DNA of 50,222 nt from Desulfobacterales bacterium (GCA_049284575.1 JBAPYE010000144.1:1-50222), one strand, 5' to 3'. Shown: positions 7,776 through 18,153, numbered from the stretch's first letter. Program-made: numbers and translations. The notes: generated by a model not told the origin, from the sequence alone.

Positions 7776-8176
7776 TCAGAGGTCCAGCCTCCGCCGCTGC
7801 GCACGCCGTTGATTCGTATCGGCTCTCTAGCATTTTCAGCTGGGCAAGGCGGTCGATGAGCACTTTGGTGTTGCGTGCAGCAGTCGTCAACGGCCGCGGC
7901 ATAACTGCCGATCGTCACATTGAAAAATCGCACACAAACTCCTCTCTGCTCCGCGAACAGGATTCGACGACCCGCCGCAAGGCAGGGGGCGACACCCGCC
8001 GGTTTGAAGCCCCGCTGAAATTTTGATACAAACCGGGGCGGTACCCTCAAACGATAGGCGACGGCCCGCCGCGGGCAGTCGCCGTCGTCAGAATAACAAC
8101 CGCTTCGATTCGCCCGCCCTGCCGCCGCCCCACCTGGGATGCGCTGGCGAACGCGGCGCAACTAAGAAGATAAAAC

Positions 8177-9091
8177 ATGAAACCGCGACGATCGATTTTG
8201 TCCGTTCCCGGCCACGTGTTAAAAATGCACCCCAAAGCAGCGGCCAGCACCGCCGACGTCGTCATGCTGGATCTTGAGGACAGCGTTCCGCTGGAGGCCA
8301 AAAGCGCGGCCCGTCAACAGGTCATCCGCTCCCTGCAACAGATCGACTGGGCCGCCAAAACCGTAACGGTGCGCATCAACGGGCTGGATACGGCTTACGG
8401 CTACCGCGACCTGCTGGAAGTGGCGGAAGCGGCCGGCGACCGCTTGACGAGCATCGTGATCCCCAAGGTCGATCACCCCCGGGACATCCACTTCGCCGCC
8501 CGCCTCCTGGACGGCATCGAGCTGCAGCGCGGCCGCGAGCACCCCCTGGGGCTGGAGGCCTCCATCGAAACCGCTGCCGGTCTGCAGCAGGTGGCGGCCA
8601 TCGCCGATGCCAGCGACCGCGTCCAAACACTGGTTTTCGGCATCGCCGATTACTCGGCCTCCATCGGCGCGCGGCTGGTCTCTCTGTCAGGCCACGGGGA
8701 AAAGGAGGAGATGCTCTACCCCGGGCACCGGTGGCATTTCGCCCTCAGCCGCATGGTCATGGCCGGCAAGGCCCGCGGTCTGATGGTGATCGATGCGCCC
8801 TACGGCAATTTCAAAGATATCGAAGGGCTTGAGCGCTCGGCCGTCATGGCCTGCGCGCTGGGATGCGACGGCAAGTGGGCCATTCACCCCGGCCAGGTGG
8901 AACCCCTGAACCGGGTGTTCAGCCCCTCCCGGGAGGACATCGAACGCGCCGGCCGGGTCCTGGACGCCTTCCAGCAGGCGCAGGGGCAGGGCCGGGGCGC
9001 AATCGCCGTGGACGGCCGCATGGTGGACCAGGCCACCGTGCGGCTGGCTCGCCAGCTGTGGGAACAGGCCCGACACCTAAAGCTGGTGTGA
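8177..9091 (+). CDS. HpcH/HpaI aldolase / citrate lyase beta (CitE)-like acyl-CoA lyase
   Basis: 304 aa: RRSILSVPGH...ADVVMLDLEDSV...VRINGLDT...IVIPKV...LEASIETAAGL...LVFGIADYSASIG. This is the CitE / malyl-CoA lyase family pattern. Confidence 0.85.
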   Translation: MKPRRSILSVPGHVLKMHPKAAASTADVVMLDLEDSVPLEAKSAARQQVIRSLQQIDWAAKTVTVRINGLDTAYGYRDLLEVAEAAGDRLTSIVIPKVDHPRDIHFAARLLDGIELQRGREHPLGLEASIETAAGLQQVAAIADASDRVQTLVFGIADYSASIGARLVSLSGHGEKEEMLYPGHRWHFALSRMVMAGKARGLMVIDAPYGNFKDIEGLERSAVMACALGCDGKWAIHPGQVEPLNRVFSPSREDIERAGRVLDAFQQAQGQGRGAIAVDGRMVDQATVRLARQLWEQARHLKLV

Positions 9092-9113
9092 AAAAACCGA
9101 CTGAACCAAGGCC

Positions 9114-10640
9114 CTATGGCCGGCGATCCAAGCTGCGGTACTGAATCGCCTCTGAAATATGCCCTGCGCCAATGGCGCTTTCGCCGGCCAGATCGGCGAC
9201 GGTGCGCGCGATTTTCAAGATGCGGTTGTAAGCCCGCGCGGAAAGCCCGAGCCTGTCGATGGCCTGCTCCAGAAGGATGCGGGGAGCCCCCGTGATCCGG
9301 CAGTGGGCGTGAATCTGGCGGCTGCCCATCTGGGCATTGCAGTAGATGCTGCTGCGGGCAAAGCGCCGGGACTGCAGGCCGCGGGCAGCGGCGACGCGGT
9401 TGCGGATGGCGGCCGAGGCTTCGGCGGGGCTGCCGTTTATCAGGTCGCGGTAGGCCACGGCAGGAACATCGACATGCAGATCGATGCGGTCCAGCAGGGG
9501 CCCGGAAATCCGCGAACGGTAGCGGGTCACCTGGTGGCGGGCGCAGAGGCATTCGTGGCGGTCGTCTCCGAGATAGCCGCAGGGACAGGGGTTCATGGCC
9601 CCGATCAGCATGAAGCTGCACGGGTAGGTGAGGGTTGAAGCCGCCCGCGCAATGGTGACCTGGCGGTTTTCAAGCGGCTGCCGCAGCACCTCCAGGACAT
9701 TTTTTTTAAACTCGGGCAGCTCATCCAAAAAAAGCACCCCGTTGTGCGCCAGGCTGACCTCACCGGGGCGCGGCACATGCCCCCCGCCGATCAGACCGGC
9801 ATCTGAGATGGTATGATGCGGGGACCGGAAGGGCCGCTGCCGGACCAGGGCCTGCCCGCGTTGGAGCAACCCGGCAACACTGTAGATCCGGGTGGTTTCG
9901 ATGGCCTCCTCAAAAGTCAGGGTCGGTAGAATCGTCGGAATCCGCCGCGCCAGCATGGTCTTGCCCGAACCCGGCGGCCCGACCATCAGGAGGTTGTGCC
10001 CGCCCGCGGCGGCAACCTCCAGCGCCCGCTTGACATGCTCCTGGCCCTTGACTTCCGCGAAATCAACACCAGCCGGTTCATCCGGCAGAAGATCCTGCAC
10101 CGCCGCGGATTCATGGGGGGCAATAACCACCAGCCCCCGCAAAAATTCGGCGGCCTGGGAAAGCGTCTGAACCGGGATGACCACGACCCCCGCCACCACC
10201 GCTGCCTCCCGGGCATTGTCGACCGGAACGATGATCCCGGCATACCCTGCATCGCGGGCGGCCAAGGCTGTCGAAAGGGCGCCGTTGACCGGCTTAACCC
10301 GGCCGTCGAGGGACAGCTCGCCCAGCACCAGGTAACCGTTCAAGGCGGCCTGATCGATAACCCGCGTGGCCGCCAGGAGCCCCAGAGCGATGGGCAAGTC
10401 AAAGCCGGTGCCCTCCTTCTTGACGTCGGCCGGTGCGAGGTTGACGGTGATGCGGTCATCCGGGAAGGTGTAGCCCGAATTCTTGATGGCCGACTTGACC
10501 CGGTCCTTGCTCTCTTTGACTGCGGTTTCGGGCAGCCCGACCATGTTGAAAACCGGCAGACCGGCGGCGATATCCACCTCCACCTCCACCGCATAGGCGT
10601 TGATCCCGATTACGGCGCTGCTCAGTATTTTTGCCAGCAA
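9114..10640 (-). CDS. comM: YifB/ComM family Mg-chelatase-like ATPase
   Basis: ORF 9114..10685. By comparison with E. coli YifB, the N-terminus fits a TTG start at 10640 ([12 protein letters not shown]..., AGGAAA upstream). Motifs: [20 protein letters not shown], Walker [10 protein letters not shown]-terminal HISEAIQYR. Confidence 0.9.
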   Translation of the reverse strand: MLAKILSSAVIGINAYAVEVEVDIAAGLPVFNMVGLPETAVKESKDRVKSAIKNSGYTFPDDRITVNLAPADVKKEGTGFDLPIALGLLAATRVIDQAALNGYLVLGELSLDGRVKPVNGALSTALAARDAGYAGIIVPVDNAREAAVVAGVVVIPVQTLSQAAEFLRGLVVIAPHESAAVQDLLPDEPAGVDFAEVKGQEHVKRALEVAAAGGHNLLMVGPPGSGKTMLARRIPTILPTLTFEEAIETTRIYSVAGLLQRGQALVRQRPFRSPHHTISDAGLIGGGHVPRPGEVSLAHNGVLFLDELPEFKKNVLEVLRQPLENRQVTIARAASTLTYPCSFMLIGAMNPCPCGYLGDDRHECLCARHQVTRYRSRISGPLLDRIDLHVDVPAVAYRDLINGSPAEASAAIRNRVAAARGLQSRRFARSSIYCNAQMGSRQIHAHCRITGAPRILLEQAIDRLGLSARAYNRILKIARTVADLAGESAIGAGHISEAIQYRSLDRRP

Positions 10641-10865
10641 GAATTTTCCTCGATTGCGGGGTTGAACCTCAAGATCACCCAGCACACCCTATAGCAGGGA
10701 TGGTCCTTTTCGACAATTCTTCAATCCGCGGGGCAGGAGCGGATCGAAGGGGGGGATCGAAGCGCGGGCAAGAGGTTTAAATTCCCCCAAAATTGTGATA
10801 GGGTAAAAAACTTTTCATCACCTACCCACGCGTTCCCGATAAGCTTGCAAGGAATCTATCATCCC

Positions 10866-11777
10866 ATGAGCATCGAAACCCGCCAGCAAACCCTGGCGCA
10901 GCCGGTTCAGTGCACCGGCATAGGGGTTCACTCCGGCCGCCAGGTCACCTTGAAGATTCTGCCGGCGGCCATCAATCACGGTATCAAGTTCCTGCGCAGC
11001 GACCTGCCGGGAAAACCGGTCGTCACCGCCCACTTCAACAGCGTGGTGGACACCAGCCTGGCCACCGTGATCGGCGCCGACGGCGTGATCGTTTCCACTA
11101 TCGAGCACCTGATGGCCTCATTTTCAGGGCTCTGCATCGACAACGCCCTGGTTGAGCTCGACGGCTACGAGATCCCCATCATGGACGGCAGTGCCGCTCC
11201 TTTTACCCGCCTGCTGCAATCCGCGGGGGTGCAGCGCCAGGACGCCCTGCGCTGCTATTTCATCGTCAGGCAGCCGATATCCCTAAAAGAAGGCACCAAG
11301 TCGGTGACCGTTTTTCCCGCGGCCCACTACCGGATCACCTATTCCATCGACTTCGAGCACCCCCTGATCCAGCAACAGGATTTTTCCCTGGTGGTAACCC
11401 GGGAGACCTTCGACCGCGAAATCAGCCAGGCCCGCACCTTCGGGTTTTACTACGAAATTGAATACCTCAAGCGCTTCGGACTGGCCCAGGGGGGCTCCCT
11501 GAACAATGCCATCGTAATCGGCAAGGACAAAATTCTGAACGCCGGCGGACTGCGCTTTGCGGACGAATTTGTCCGCCACAAACTGCTTGACTGCATCGGC
11601 GACTTTTCCCTCCTGGGAATGCCGATCTTAGGCCACATCGTTCTAAAGCGCTCGGGACACGCCTTCAACCATGCCTTTCTGGAAAAGTTCTTTGCCAGCA
11701 AGGCGTGCTGGGAAACCCGAACTTTCGACGACGACCCGCAGCTCACCCAGCCACACCCCAACTCGATGGCCAGCTGA
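10866..11777 (+). CDS. lpxC: UDP-3-O-acyl-N-acetylglucosamine deacetylase
   Basis: MSIETRQQTLAQPVQCTGIGVHSGRQVTLKILPAAINHGIKFLRSDL... is collinear with the E. coli LpxC N-terminus. The first ATG is at 10866; the track ORF begins at an upstream TTG. Confidence 0.92.
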   Translation: MSIETRQQTLAQPVQCTGIGVHSGRQVTLKILPAAINHGIKFLRSDLPGKPVVTAHFNSVVDTSLATVIGADGVIVSTIEHLMASFSGLCIDNALVELDGYEIPIMDGSAAPFTRLLQSAGVQRQDALRCYFIVRQPISLKEGTKSVTVFPAAHYRITYSIDFEHPLIQQQDFSLVVTRETFDREISQARTFGFYYEIEYLKRFGLAQGGSLNNAIVIGKDKILNAGGLRFADEFVRHKLLDCIGDFSLLGMPILGHIVLKRSGHAFNHAFLEKFFASKACWETRTFDDDPQLTQPHPNSMAS

Positions 11778-11786
11778 CGAAACGCC

Positions 11787-12359
11787 ATGAATTTCCCCCG
11801 AAAGCAAAAAACAGCCGCCGTGGTGCTCTTGGGCCTGGTCCTCTGTTGGCAGACAGCGGCCTTCGGCCAGGAAGCGCGCCTGACCGACATCATCGTCACC
11901 AATACCCGCGATGACCTGTTGCTGTATCTCAAGGTCGAGGGGGCTTTCCATGAAAAAATGAAAACCGTCATCCACAGCGGGATACCGACCACGTTTGCCT
12001 TCTTTATCGACCTCAACCGGGTGCGCAGCCTCTGGCCCGACAAGCGCATTGCGGCCCTCAAGGCAACCCACAGCATCACATACAACACCCTCAAAAAGGA
12101 ATACACGCTGGTCCGCTCCTGGGACAGCGCCGGGAGCGTGACGACCCAATCGTTCGTGGAAGCCCAGAGGCTGATGACCGAGATCGACAGCTTGAAAATC
12201 GTTCCCTTGCAAAAGCTGCTGCGGGGGGCGCACTATCAAATCAGAACCAAGGCCGAACTGAGCAAGCTGACCCTCCCGTTTTACCTCCACTATGTCCTGT
12301 TCTTCGTGTCGCTCTGGGATTTTAAAACCGATTGGTACACCATCGACTTTGTCTTCTGA
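11787..12359 (+). CDS. DUF4390 domain protein (secreted), usual partner of NtrY-type kinases
   Basis: 190 aa with a signal peptide, then ARLTDIIVTNTRDDLLLYLKVEGAF...IPTTFAFFIDL...YTIDFVF. It lies immediately upstream of ntrY/ntrX. Confidence 0.75.
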   Translation: MNFPRKQKTAAVVLLGLVLCWQTAAFGQEARLTDIIVTNTRDDLLLYLKVEGAFHEKMKTVIHSGIPTTFAFFIDLNRVRSLWPDKRIAALKATHSITYNTLKKEYTLVRSWDSAGSVTTQSFVEAQRLMTEIDSLKIVPLQKLLRGAHYQIRTKAELSKLTLPFYLHYVLFFVSLWDFKTDWYTIDFVF

Positions 12360-12398
12360 CAACCCGCTCGCCGCTTGCATCTTGAATTCACTGAGCCC

Positions 12399-14636
12399 AT
12401 GAACCGCAGCAGACCGATCACATCCGAAGCCCCGGGTAGCCCCAGGGATCGCAGGCGCCGCAAACGCGAGCTGGTTCTGATCGCGATCTGCCTGACGGTG
12501 GTGGCCCTCTTGACCTATGCGGAAACCCGGATCATTTACTTCGGTGTCGAATTTCCAATCTCCAACACCATCCTGATGTTCATCCTGATCAACCTCAACT
12601 TGCTGCTGCTGCTGCTGGTCATCTTTCTGGTTTTCCGCAACCTGGTCAAACTTCTCTACGAGCGCAAACGCAAAGTGCTCGGCTCCCGGCTGACCACCCG
12701 CCTGGTGTTCTCCTTCATCGCCCTCTCCCTGCTGCCGACAACGGTTTTGTTTTTTTTCTCGCTGAACTTCATTACCACCAGCATCGAATACTGGTTTAAC
12801 GTGCCGGTGGAGCAGGCCCTGGACAACTCGCTGCGGGTCGGTCGGCGGGTATACGACCAACTGGAGGAGGGCAATCGCTTTTTTCTGGAAAGAGTCGCCT
12901 ACCAGATCAAAGCCAAAAACCTGTTGCTGCCCAAAAACCAGAAAGCCCTGGCACGCTATGTCGAGGTGGTTCAGCGCTCTTTCAACCTGTACGCGGTGGA
13001 GGTATACGCTACCAGCTCGAAGCGGCTGACCCATGCCGCGGCCCCCGCGCTGGAAGCAAGTGGGGGCCTTCGGCCCCTCGACCCGGATAGCTTGCAGCAG
13101 CAATTCACCGACGCACCGGTGCGCACCGTAACCCGCAAAAGCAAAGACGGGGAACTGGCCCGAACCATCGCCACGGTTCCTTTCGGGGTCACCCCCGGGC
13201 AGGCCGAAGCCTTCATCACCGCCGCCAAGCTCATTCCCCTCCAGCTCTCGGAGGACATGACCTCCATTTCCCGCGGGATAGCGGAATACCACCAGATCAA
13301 GCTGCTCAAACAACCGATCAAAATCACCTACTACATCACGCTGTCGATCGTGGCGCTGCTGGTGGTGTTCTGTGCGGTCTGGTTCGGCATTCACCTGGCC
13401 AAGTCCATCAGCATCCCGATCCGCGACCTCGGTGAGGCCACCCGCCGGGTGGCCGAGGGCGATCTCAGTTTTCGAATCATGCCGGTAGCCGACGATGAGA
13501 TCGGAAGCCTGGTGGATTCCTTCAACCAAATGACGCGCGATCTGCAGGTCAGCCGCGCCCAATTGGAGCAGTCCGCGCGCAAACTGCGCGAACAAAACAG
13601 CGAGATCGAGGAAAAGCGGCAATACATGGCGATCGTTCTCAAGAACGTGTCCGCGGGGGTCATCAGCCTGGACGCCAACGGGTTGGTGTCCACGATCAAC
13701 ACCGCGGCCGAGAAAATGCTCAACCTGAAGTTCGATGAAATTATCGGCCAGAGTTACCAGAAACTGCTGCACGGCCAGCACCTCAACCTGGCCGACGAGG
13801 TCATGGGCAGTTTGGCCACCTCATCCTCCAATGCCATTGCTCTGCCGTTGCGACTGGCGGTCGACGGCAAACCGCGCAGCCTCATGGTGCACATCAATGC
13901 CCTGAAAAACGACGCCGGTGAGCATATGGGCATCGTCATGGTCTTCGATGACCTCACGGATCTTGAAAAGGCCCAGCGCATGGCCGCTTGGCGGGAGGTG
14001 GCGCGCCGGATCGCCCACGAGGTCAAAAACCCGTTGACCCCCATCAGCCTGTCGGCCCAACGGCTAATGCGCAAGTACGGCGCTCGGATCAACGAAGCGG
14101 TGTTTGACGAATGCACCCGCACGATCATCGACCATGTGGAGCTGATCCGCAATCTGGTAAATGAGTTCTCCGCCTTCGCGCGCTTTCCCACGGCCGACCC
14201 GAACCTCGCCGACCTGCCGCCCATCGTGGAGGAGACCATCGCGCTTTACCGGGAGGGCCACCCCACCATCCAGTTCAAATTTTTCACCGAAAACGCCATC
14301 CCGCGCCTAAAGCTGGACCGCCAGCAGATCAAGCAAGCCTTGATCAATCTTGTGGACAATGCCGTGGCCGCCATCAGGAAAGAGGGCAGCATCACCATTC
14401 ATCTCAGCCACGACCCCATTCTGAAAACCGTCCGGATGGAGGTCGCTGACACCGGTGAAGGCGTTTCCGACGAGGACAAGACCCACCTTTTCGAACCCTA
14501 TTTTTCCACCAAAAAGGCCGGCATGGGATTGGGCCTGACCATTGTCAGCAGCATCATCTCAGATCATAACGGCATGATCGGCGTCCAGGACAACAAGCCC
14601 CGCGGGGCCAAATTTGTCATCGAACTGCCGGCCTGA
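12399..14636 (+). CDS. ntrY: NtrY-like sensor histidine kinase (TM-HAMP-PAS-HisKA-HATPase)
   Basis: The N-terminal half is multi-TM. It has a HAMP region (IRDLGEATRRVAEGDLSFRI), an H-box (VARRIAHEVKNPLTPI) and N/G boxes (LVDNAVAA, DTGEGV, GMGLGL). The start is either ATG 12399 or TTG 12375. Confidence 0.88.
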   Translation: MNRSRPITSEAPGSPRDRRRRKRELVLIAICLTVVALLTYAETRIIYFGVEFPISNTILMFILINLNLLLLLLVIFLVFRNLVKLLYERKRKVLGSRLTTRLVFSFIALSLLPTTVLFFFSLNFITTSIEYWFNVPVEQALDNSLRVGRRVYDQLEEGNRFFLERVAYQIKAKNLLLPKNQKALARYVEVVQRSFNLYAVEVYATSSKRLTHAAAPALEASGGLRPLDPDSLQQQFTDAPVRTVTRKSKDGELARTIATVPFGVTPGQAEAFITAAKLIPLQLSEDMTSISRGIAEYHQIKLLKQPIKITYYITLSIVALLVVFCAVWFGIHLAKSISIPIRDLGEATRRVAEGDLSFRIMPVADDEIGSLVDSFNQMTRDLQVSRAQLEQSARKLREQNSEIEEKRQYMAIVLKNVSAGVISLDANGLVSTINTAAEKMLNLKFDEIIGQSYQKLLHGQHLNLADEVMGSLATSSSNAIALPLRLAVDGKPRSLMVHINALKNDAGEHMGIVMVFDDLTDLEKAQRMAAWREVARRIAHEVKNPLTPISLSAQRLMRKYGARINEAVFDECTRTIIDHVELIRNLVNEFSAFARFPTADPNLADLPPIVEETIALYREGHPTIQFKFFTENAIPRLKLDRQQIKQALINLVDNAVAAIRKEGSITIHLSHDPILKTVRMEVADTGEGVSDEDKTHLFEPYFSTKKAGMGLGLTIVSSIISDHNGMIGVQDNKPRGAKFVIELPA

Positions 14637-14700
14637 CGGCACCATCTGCGGCCGGCCGGCACCCGGCGGTCCAGCCTAGTGCGCAAAGGAGCGTATGCCC

Positions 14701-16053
14701 ATGTTTCCATCGCTTTTGATCGTCGATGACGAGCCCTCCATCCTCCAGACCCTGGGCGGGCTTCTCTCTGATGAGGGATTTGAGGTCAGCACGGCCGGCA
14801 ACGGCTACGAAGCCTTGAAAAAAATCGAAAATGAATCCCCCGACCTGGTTCTGCTGGATATCTGGATGCCCGGCATTGACGGCATTGAAACCCTGAAGGA
14901 AATCAAAAAGGCCGCCCCCCACATCCAGGTGATCATCATCACCGGGCACGGCACCATCGAAACCGCCGTCAGGGCCACCAAGCTGGGGGCTTTCGATCTG
15001 ATCGAAAAACCGCTGTCCATCGACAAAGTCCTCGTGGCCATTCACAATGCGCTCAATTTCCGGCGTCTTGAAGAAGAAAACCGCTACCTTCGCAAAAAGA
15101 CCATCGAAAAACATTCCGTCACCGGCAGCAGCCCACGTACCCTGGCGCTCAAGCAGCAAATCGAAACCACGGCCCCCAGCGACGCCTGGGTTCTCATCAA
15201 GGGCGAAAACGGCACTGGCAAAGAACTGGTGGCCCGGAACATCCACCACCTCAGCCCGCGCGCCGATCACCCGCTGATCGAGGTCAACTGCGCCGCCATT
15301 CCCGAGGAGCTGATCGAGAGCGAGCTTTTCGGGCATGAAAAAGGCGCCTTCACCGAGGCCACGACCAAGAAGCGCGGAAAGTTCGAGCTGGCCAACACCG
15401 GGACCCTCTTTCTGGACCAAATCGACGACATGAGCCTCAAGACCCAGAGCAAGCTCCTGCGGGTCCTGCAGGAGCAGAAGTTTCAGCGGGTCGGCGGCGG
15501 ACGGACCCTGGTGGTCGATGTCCGGGTGATCGCGGCCACCCACAAGGACCTCGAAAATGAGATCCAAAAGGGCAATTTTCGGCAAGAACTCTATTACCGG
15601 CTGAACGTGATCCCCATCGACGTGCCCGCCCTCAGGGACCGGATTGAAGACCTGCCGGCGCTGGTGGAGATCTTCCTGGCGCAATGCGCCAAAAAGAACA
15701 AGACCCGGCGCAGGATATCCCCCGCGGCCTTGGCGCTGCTGCAGCGCTATCCGTGGCCCGGCAACGTGCGGGAACTGAAGAATCTCGTCGAACGCCTGAC
15801 CATTATGGGATGCCGTGAGGTTATCGACGTGGCGGACCTGCCCGCGCTTTACAACCCGCAGACACCGGGCGGCGCGGCAAACGTCGAAAACGGGCTTTTT
15901 GCGATTGACAGTCTGGCGAAGGCCAAAAGCGCTTTTGAAAAGGCCTATCTGCACCACAAGCTCAGCCAGCACCACCATGACCTGGCCGAAACCGCCCGGG
16001 CCATCGGTATGCAGGCAGCGGATCTTGGCAAGCTCATCAAAAACATGGTGTGA
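14701..16053 (+). CDS. ntrX: Sigma54-dependent response regulator (NtrX/NtrC family)
   Basis: REC domain (LLIVDDEPSI...DLVLLDIWMPGIDG), AAA+ domain (GENGTGKELVAR, ELFGHEKGAFT) and a C-terminal HTH. I prefer the second ATG (14701), 9 nt after AAGGAG. Confidence 0.9.
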   Translation: MFPSLLIVDDEPSILQTLGGLLSDEGFEVSTAGNGYEALKKIENESPDLVLLDIWMPGIDGIETLKEIKKAAPHIQVIIITGHGTIETAVRATKLGAFDLIEKPLSIDKVLVAIHNALNFRRLEEENRYLRKKTIEKHSVTGSSPRTLALKQQIETTAPSDAWVLIKGENGTGKELVARNIHHLSPRADHPLIEVNCAAIPEELIESELFGHEKGAFTEATTKKRGKFELANTGTLFLDQIDDMSLKTQSKLLRVLQEQKFQRVGGGRTLVVDVRVIAATHKDLENEIQKGNFRQELYYRLNVIPIDVPALRDRIEDLPALVEIFLAQCAKKNKTRRRISPAALALLQRYPWPGNVRELKNLVERLTIMGCREVIDVADLPALYNPQTPGGAANVENGLFAIDSLAKAKSAFEKAYLHHKLSQHHHDLAETARAIGMQAADLGKLIKNMV

Positions 16054-16149
16054 AGCCGCCGGGCAGCGCCCCGGGCGCTCACGCGGGCTGACGGAAAGAC
16101 CCTTCGGCGGCCGCGGGCTGCACCACGGACAGGGAAGGCGACAGACATC

Positions 16150-16704
16150 ATGCGCGTCATCGCCGGGGAACTGAAAGGCAAACGGCTGGCATCCCCCAGG
16201 GGGCGCGCTATTCGCCCAACCTCCGAGCGGACCCGCGAGGCCATTTTCAATATTTTAGGTGACCGGGTCAGGGGGGCGGCTGTCCTCGAGCTTTTTGCCG
16301 GCACCGGCGCTTTCAGCATTGAAGCCCTCAGCCGGGGCGCCGCCAGCGCCGTCATGATCGAGCGCTCGCGCGAAGCCCTGGATCTGATCGGGCGCAACCT
16401 GGCGGCTTGCCGAGTGGCGGCGCGTGCCCGGGTCATTCGCTGGGACATCACCCGGAACCTCGACTGCCTGCGATCTCTGCCCGGTCGATTTGACTTGGCC
16501 TTTGTCGATCCGCCCTATCACCAGGGGGCCCTCGGCCCCGGGCTGCAGCACCTGATTACCTGCGGCGCCCTGGCCCCCGGGGCCCGCGTGGTGATCGAAC
16601 ATGCCCCGCAGGAGACGCTGCCGGACGAATCGCACCCGCTGCAGTTGACCGACCGGCGAAAGTACGGGAAAGCGCTTGTCTCCTTTTTTGTCTATATGCT
16701 ATAA
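16150..16704 (+). CDS. rsmD: 16S rRNA (guanine966-N2)-methyltransferase
   Basis: MRVIAGELKGKRLASPRGRAIRPTSERTREAIFNILG...LELFAGTGAFSIEALSRGA...FVDPPY. Confidence 0.9.
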   Translation: MRVIAGELKGKRLASPRGRAIRPTSERTREAIFNILGDRVRGAAVLELFAGTGAFSIEALSRGAASAVMIERSREALDLIGRNLAACRVAARARVIRWDITRNLDCLRSLPGRFDLAFVDPPYHQGALGPGLQHLITCGALAPGARVVIEHAPQETLPDESHPLQLTDRRKYGKALVSFFVYML

Positions 16705-16739
16705 GCCCCAAAACTTTCAACCATCTGGGGGATAGGTCA

Positions 16740-17237
16740 ATGCAACGAATTGCCATTTATCCCGGATCTTTTGACCCGGTCACGAACGGGCACCTCGATA
16801 TTATCGAGCGCGGCCTGACGCTGTTTGACAAAATCATCGTCGCCATTCTCCACAATCCCGCCAAGAAATCCCTCTTTTCGGTTGAAGAGCGAATAGCAAT
16901 GCTGCAGACCAGCACCGTGACGTTCACCGGGGTCGAGATTGACTGCTTCAACGGGCTTCTGGTTGATTATGCCAGCCGCAAGAACGCGCACGCCATTTTG
17001 CGGGGCATGCGGGCGGTTTCCGATTTCGAATACGAATTTCAGCTGGCCCTGATGAACCGCCGGTTGAATCGTGAGGTCCAGACGGTGTTTCTGATGACCG
17101 GCCTGCGCTGGATTTTCACCAGCTCCTCGATCATCAAGGAGGCCGCCAGTTTCGGCGGCGACATTTCAGACATGGTACCCGAAATCGTGGAATACAAACT
17201 ATGCGAAAAATTCGGTACCGCACCGAAGACAGGCTGA
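16740..17237 (+). CDS. coaD: Phosphopantetheine adenylyltransferase
   Basis: MQRIAIYPGSFDPVTNGHLDIIERG...RGMRAVSDFEYE...SSSIIKE. Confidence 0.95.
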   Translation: MQRIAIYPGSFDPVTNGHLDIIERGLTLFDKIIVAILHNPAKKSLFSVEERIAMLQTSTVTFTGVEIDCFNGLLVDYASRKNAHAILRGMRAVSDFEYEFQLALMNRRLNREVQTVFLMTGLRWIFTSSSIIKEAASFGGDISDMVPEIVEYKLCEKFGTAPKTG

Positions 17238-17238
17238 A

Positions 17239-18153
17239 ATGGACTTATGGCAGCTGCACATCTTCTGTAAAGTCGTCGAATACAAAAGTTTCTCCAAGGC
17301 CGGCAAGGCCGTCCACCTCTCCCAGCCTACGGTCAGCAGCCACATCCGCGACCTGGAAGATCATTTCGGCTGCCGCCTGATCGACCGGTTGGCCCGCAAA
17401 GCCTCGCCCACCAAGGCCGGTGACCTGCTCTATACCTACGCCCGCCGATTGATTTCCCTGAGGGATGAAACCGAAACGGCCCTGGCGGAATTCCACGGAC
17501 GGATCACGGGCCGCCTGGTGATCGGCGGCAGCACCATCCCGGGCACTTACATCCTGCCGCGCATCGTGGGCGCCTTCACCCGCAAGCACCCCGAAGTAAC
17601 CGTATCGCTGGCCATCGGCGATACGGAGAAGATCATCCAAGAAACCCTCGACGGCACCATCGAACTGGGGATCGTCGGCGCCAAATCCAAAGACAAGCGC
17701 ATCACCCAGGAAAAAATGATCGAGGATGACATGCGCCTGATCGTGCCGGCCGACCACCCCTGGGCCGGGAAAGAGACCATTCCCGTCAGCCGGCTGCTGG
17801 CCGAGCCCTTCATCAGCCGCGAACGCGGCTCCGGCACCCTCAAGTCCATCCAGATCAGCCTGAGCCACGGGGCCGTCTCCATGGACGCCTTCACCATCGT
17901 CGCCGAAATGGGCAGCACCGAGGCCGTCTGCCAGGGCATTAAAAACGGGGTGGGGATCTCCATTCTTTCCACCCTCGCCGTGGCCGAAGAGCTGCAGGCC
18001 GGCACGCTGAAAGCGCTGGCGATTGAGGGCGTCGACCTCAAGCGGGCCTTCTACCTCACCACCCACAAGTCCCGCAGCCCCTCGCCGCTTTGCATGGCTT
18101 TCCTGGCATTCATCCGCGGCGAAAGCCACGGGTGCCCCCCCATTACCCGGTAG
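17239..18153 (+). CDS. LysR family transcriptional regulator
   Basis: MDLWQLHIFCKVVEYKSFSKAGKAVHLSQPTVSSHIRDLEDHFGCRLIDR, followed by a LysR substrate-binding domain. Confidence 0.9.
   Translation: MDLWQLHIFCKVVEYKSFSKAGKAVHLSQPTVSSHIRDLEDHFGCRLIDRLARKASPTKAGDLLYTYARRLISLRDETETALAEFHGRITGRLVIGGSTIPGTYILPRIVGAFTRKHPEVTVSLAIGDTEKIIQETLDGTIELGIVGAKSKDKRITQEKMIEDDMRLIVPADHPWAGKETIPVSRLLAEPFISRERGSGTLKSIQISLSHGAVSMDAFTIVAEMGSTEAVCQGIKNGVGISILSTLAVAEELQAGTLKALAIEGVDLKRAFYLTTHKSRSPSPLCMAFLAFIRGESHGCPPITR

Noticed and set aside
7960-7969. GGATTCGACG, a 10-mer identical to the conserved 5' element of tmRNA (ssrA), inside a ~400-nt gap of about tmRNA size
   Set aside because: There is no GGGG acceptor 5' end upstream of it and no T-arm or ...CCACCA tRNA-like 3' end on either strand. 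There is also no tag reading frame ending in ..ALAA-stop. It is most likely a chance match.
7772-8161. 129-aa - strand ORF and overlapping small ORFs in the mntP-citE gap
   Set aside because: They are Arg/Gly/Cys-rich with no SD, no domain and no consistent codon bias. I treat the region as non-coding or structured RNA (see findings).
12595-12618. (CTG)5 trinucleotide run
   Set aside because: It encodes in-frame the poly-Leu segment of an NtrY transmembrane helix. It is short, and there is no evidence of instability.
11643-13781. 712-aa - strand ORF spanning lpxC 3' end, DUF4390 and ntrY
   Set aside because: Antisense artefact. It crosses three well-supported + strand genes and their intergenic gaps, and its sequence is low-complexity (runs of Q, D, G, R and H).
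14617-15978. 453-aa - strand ORF
   Set aside because: It is antisense to the sigma54 response regulator ntrX. It has no motifs, whereas the + strand shows REC and AAA+ signatures.
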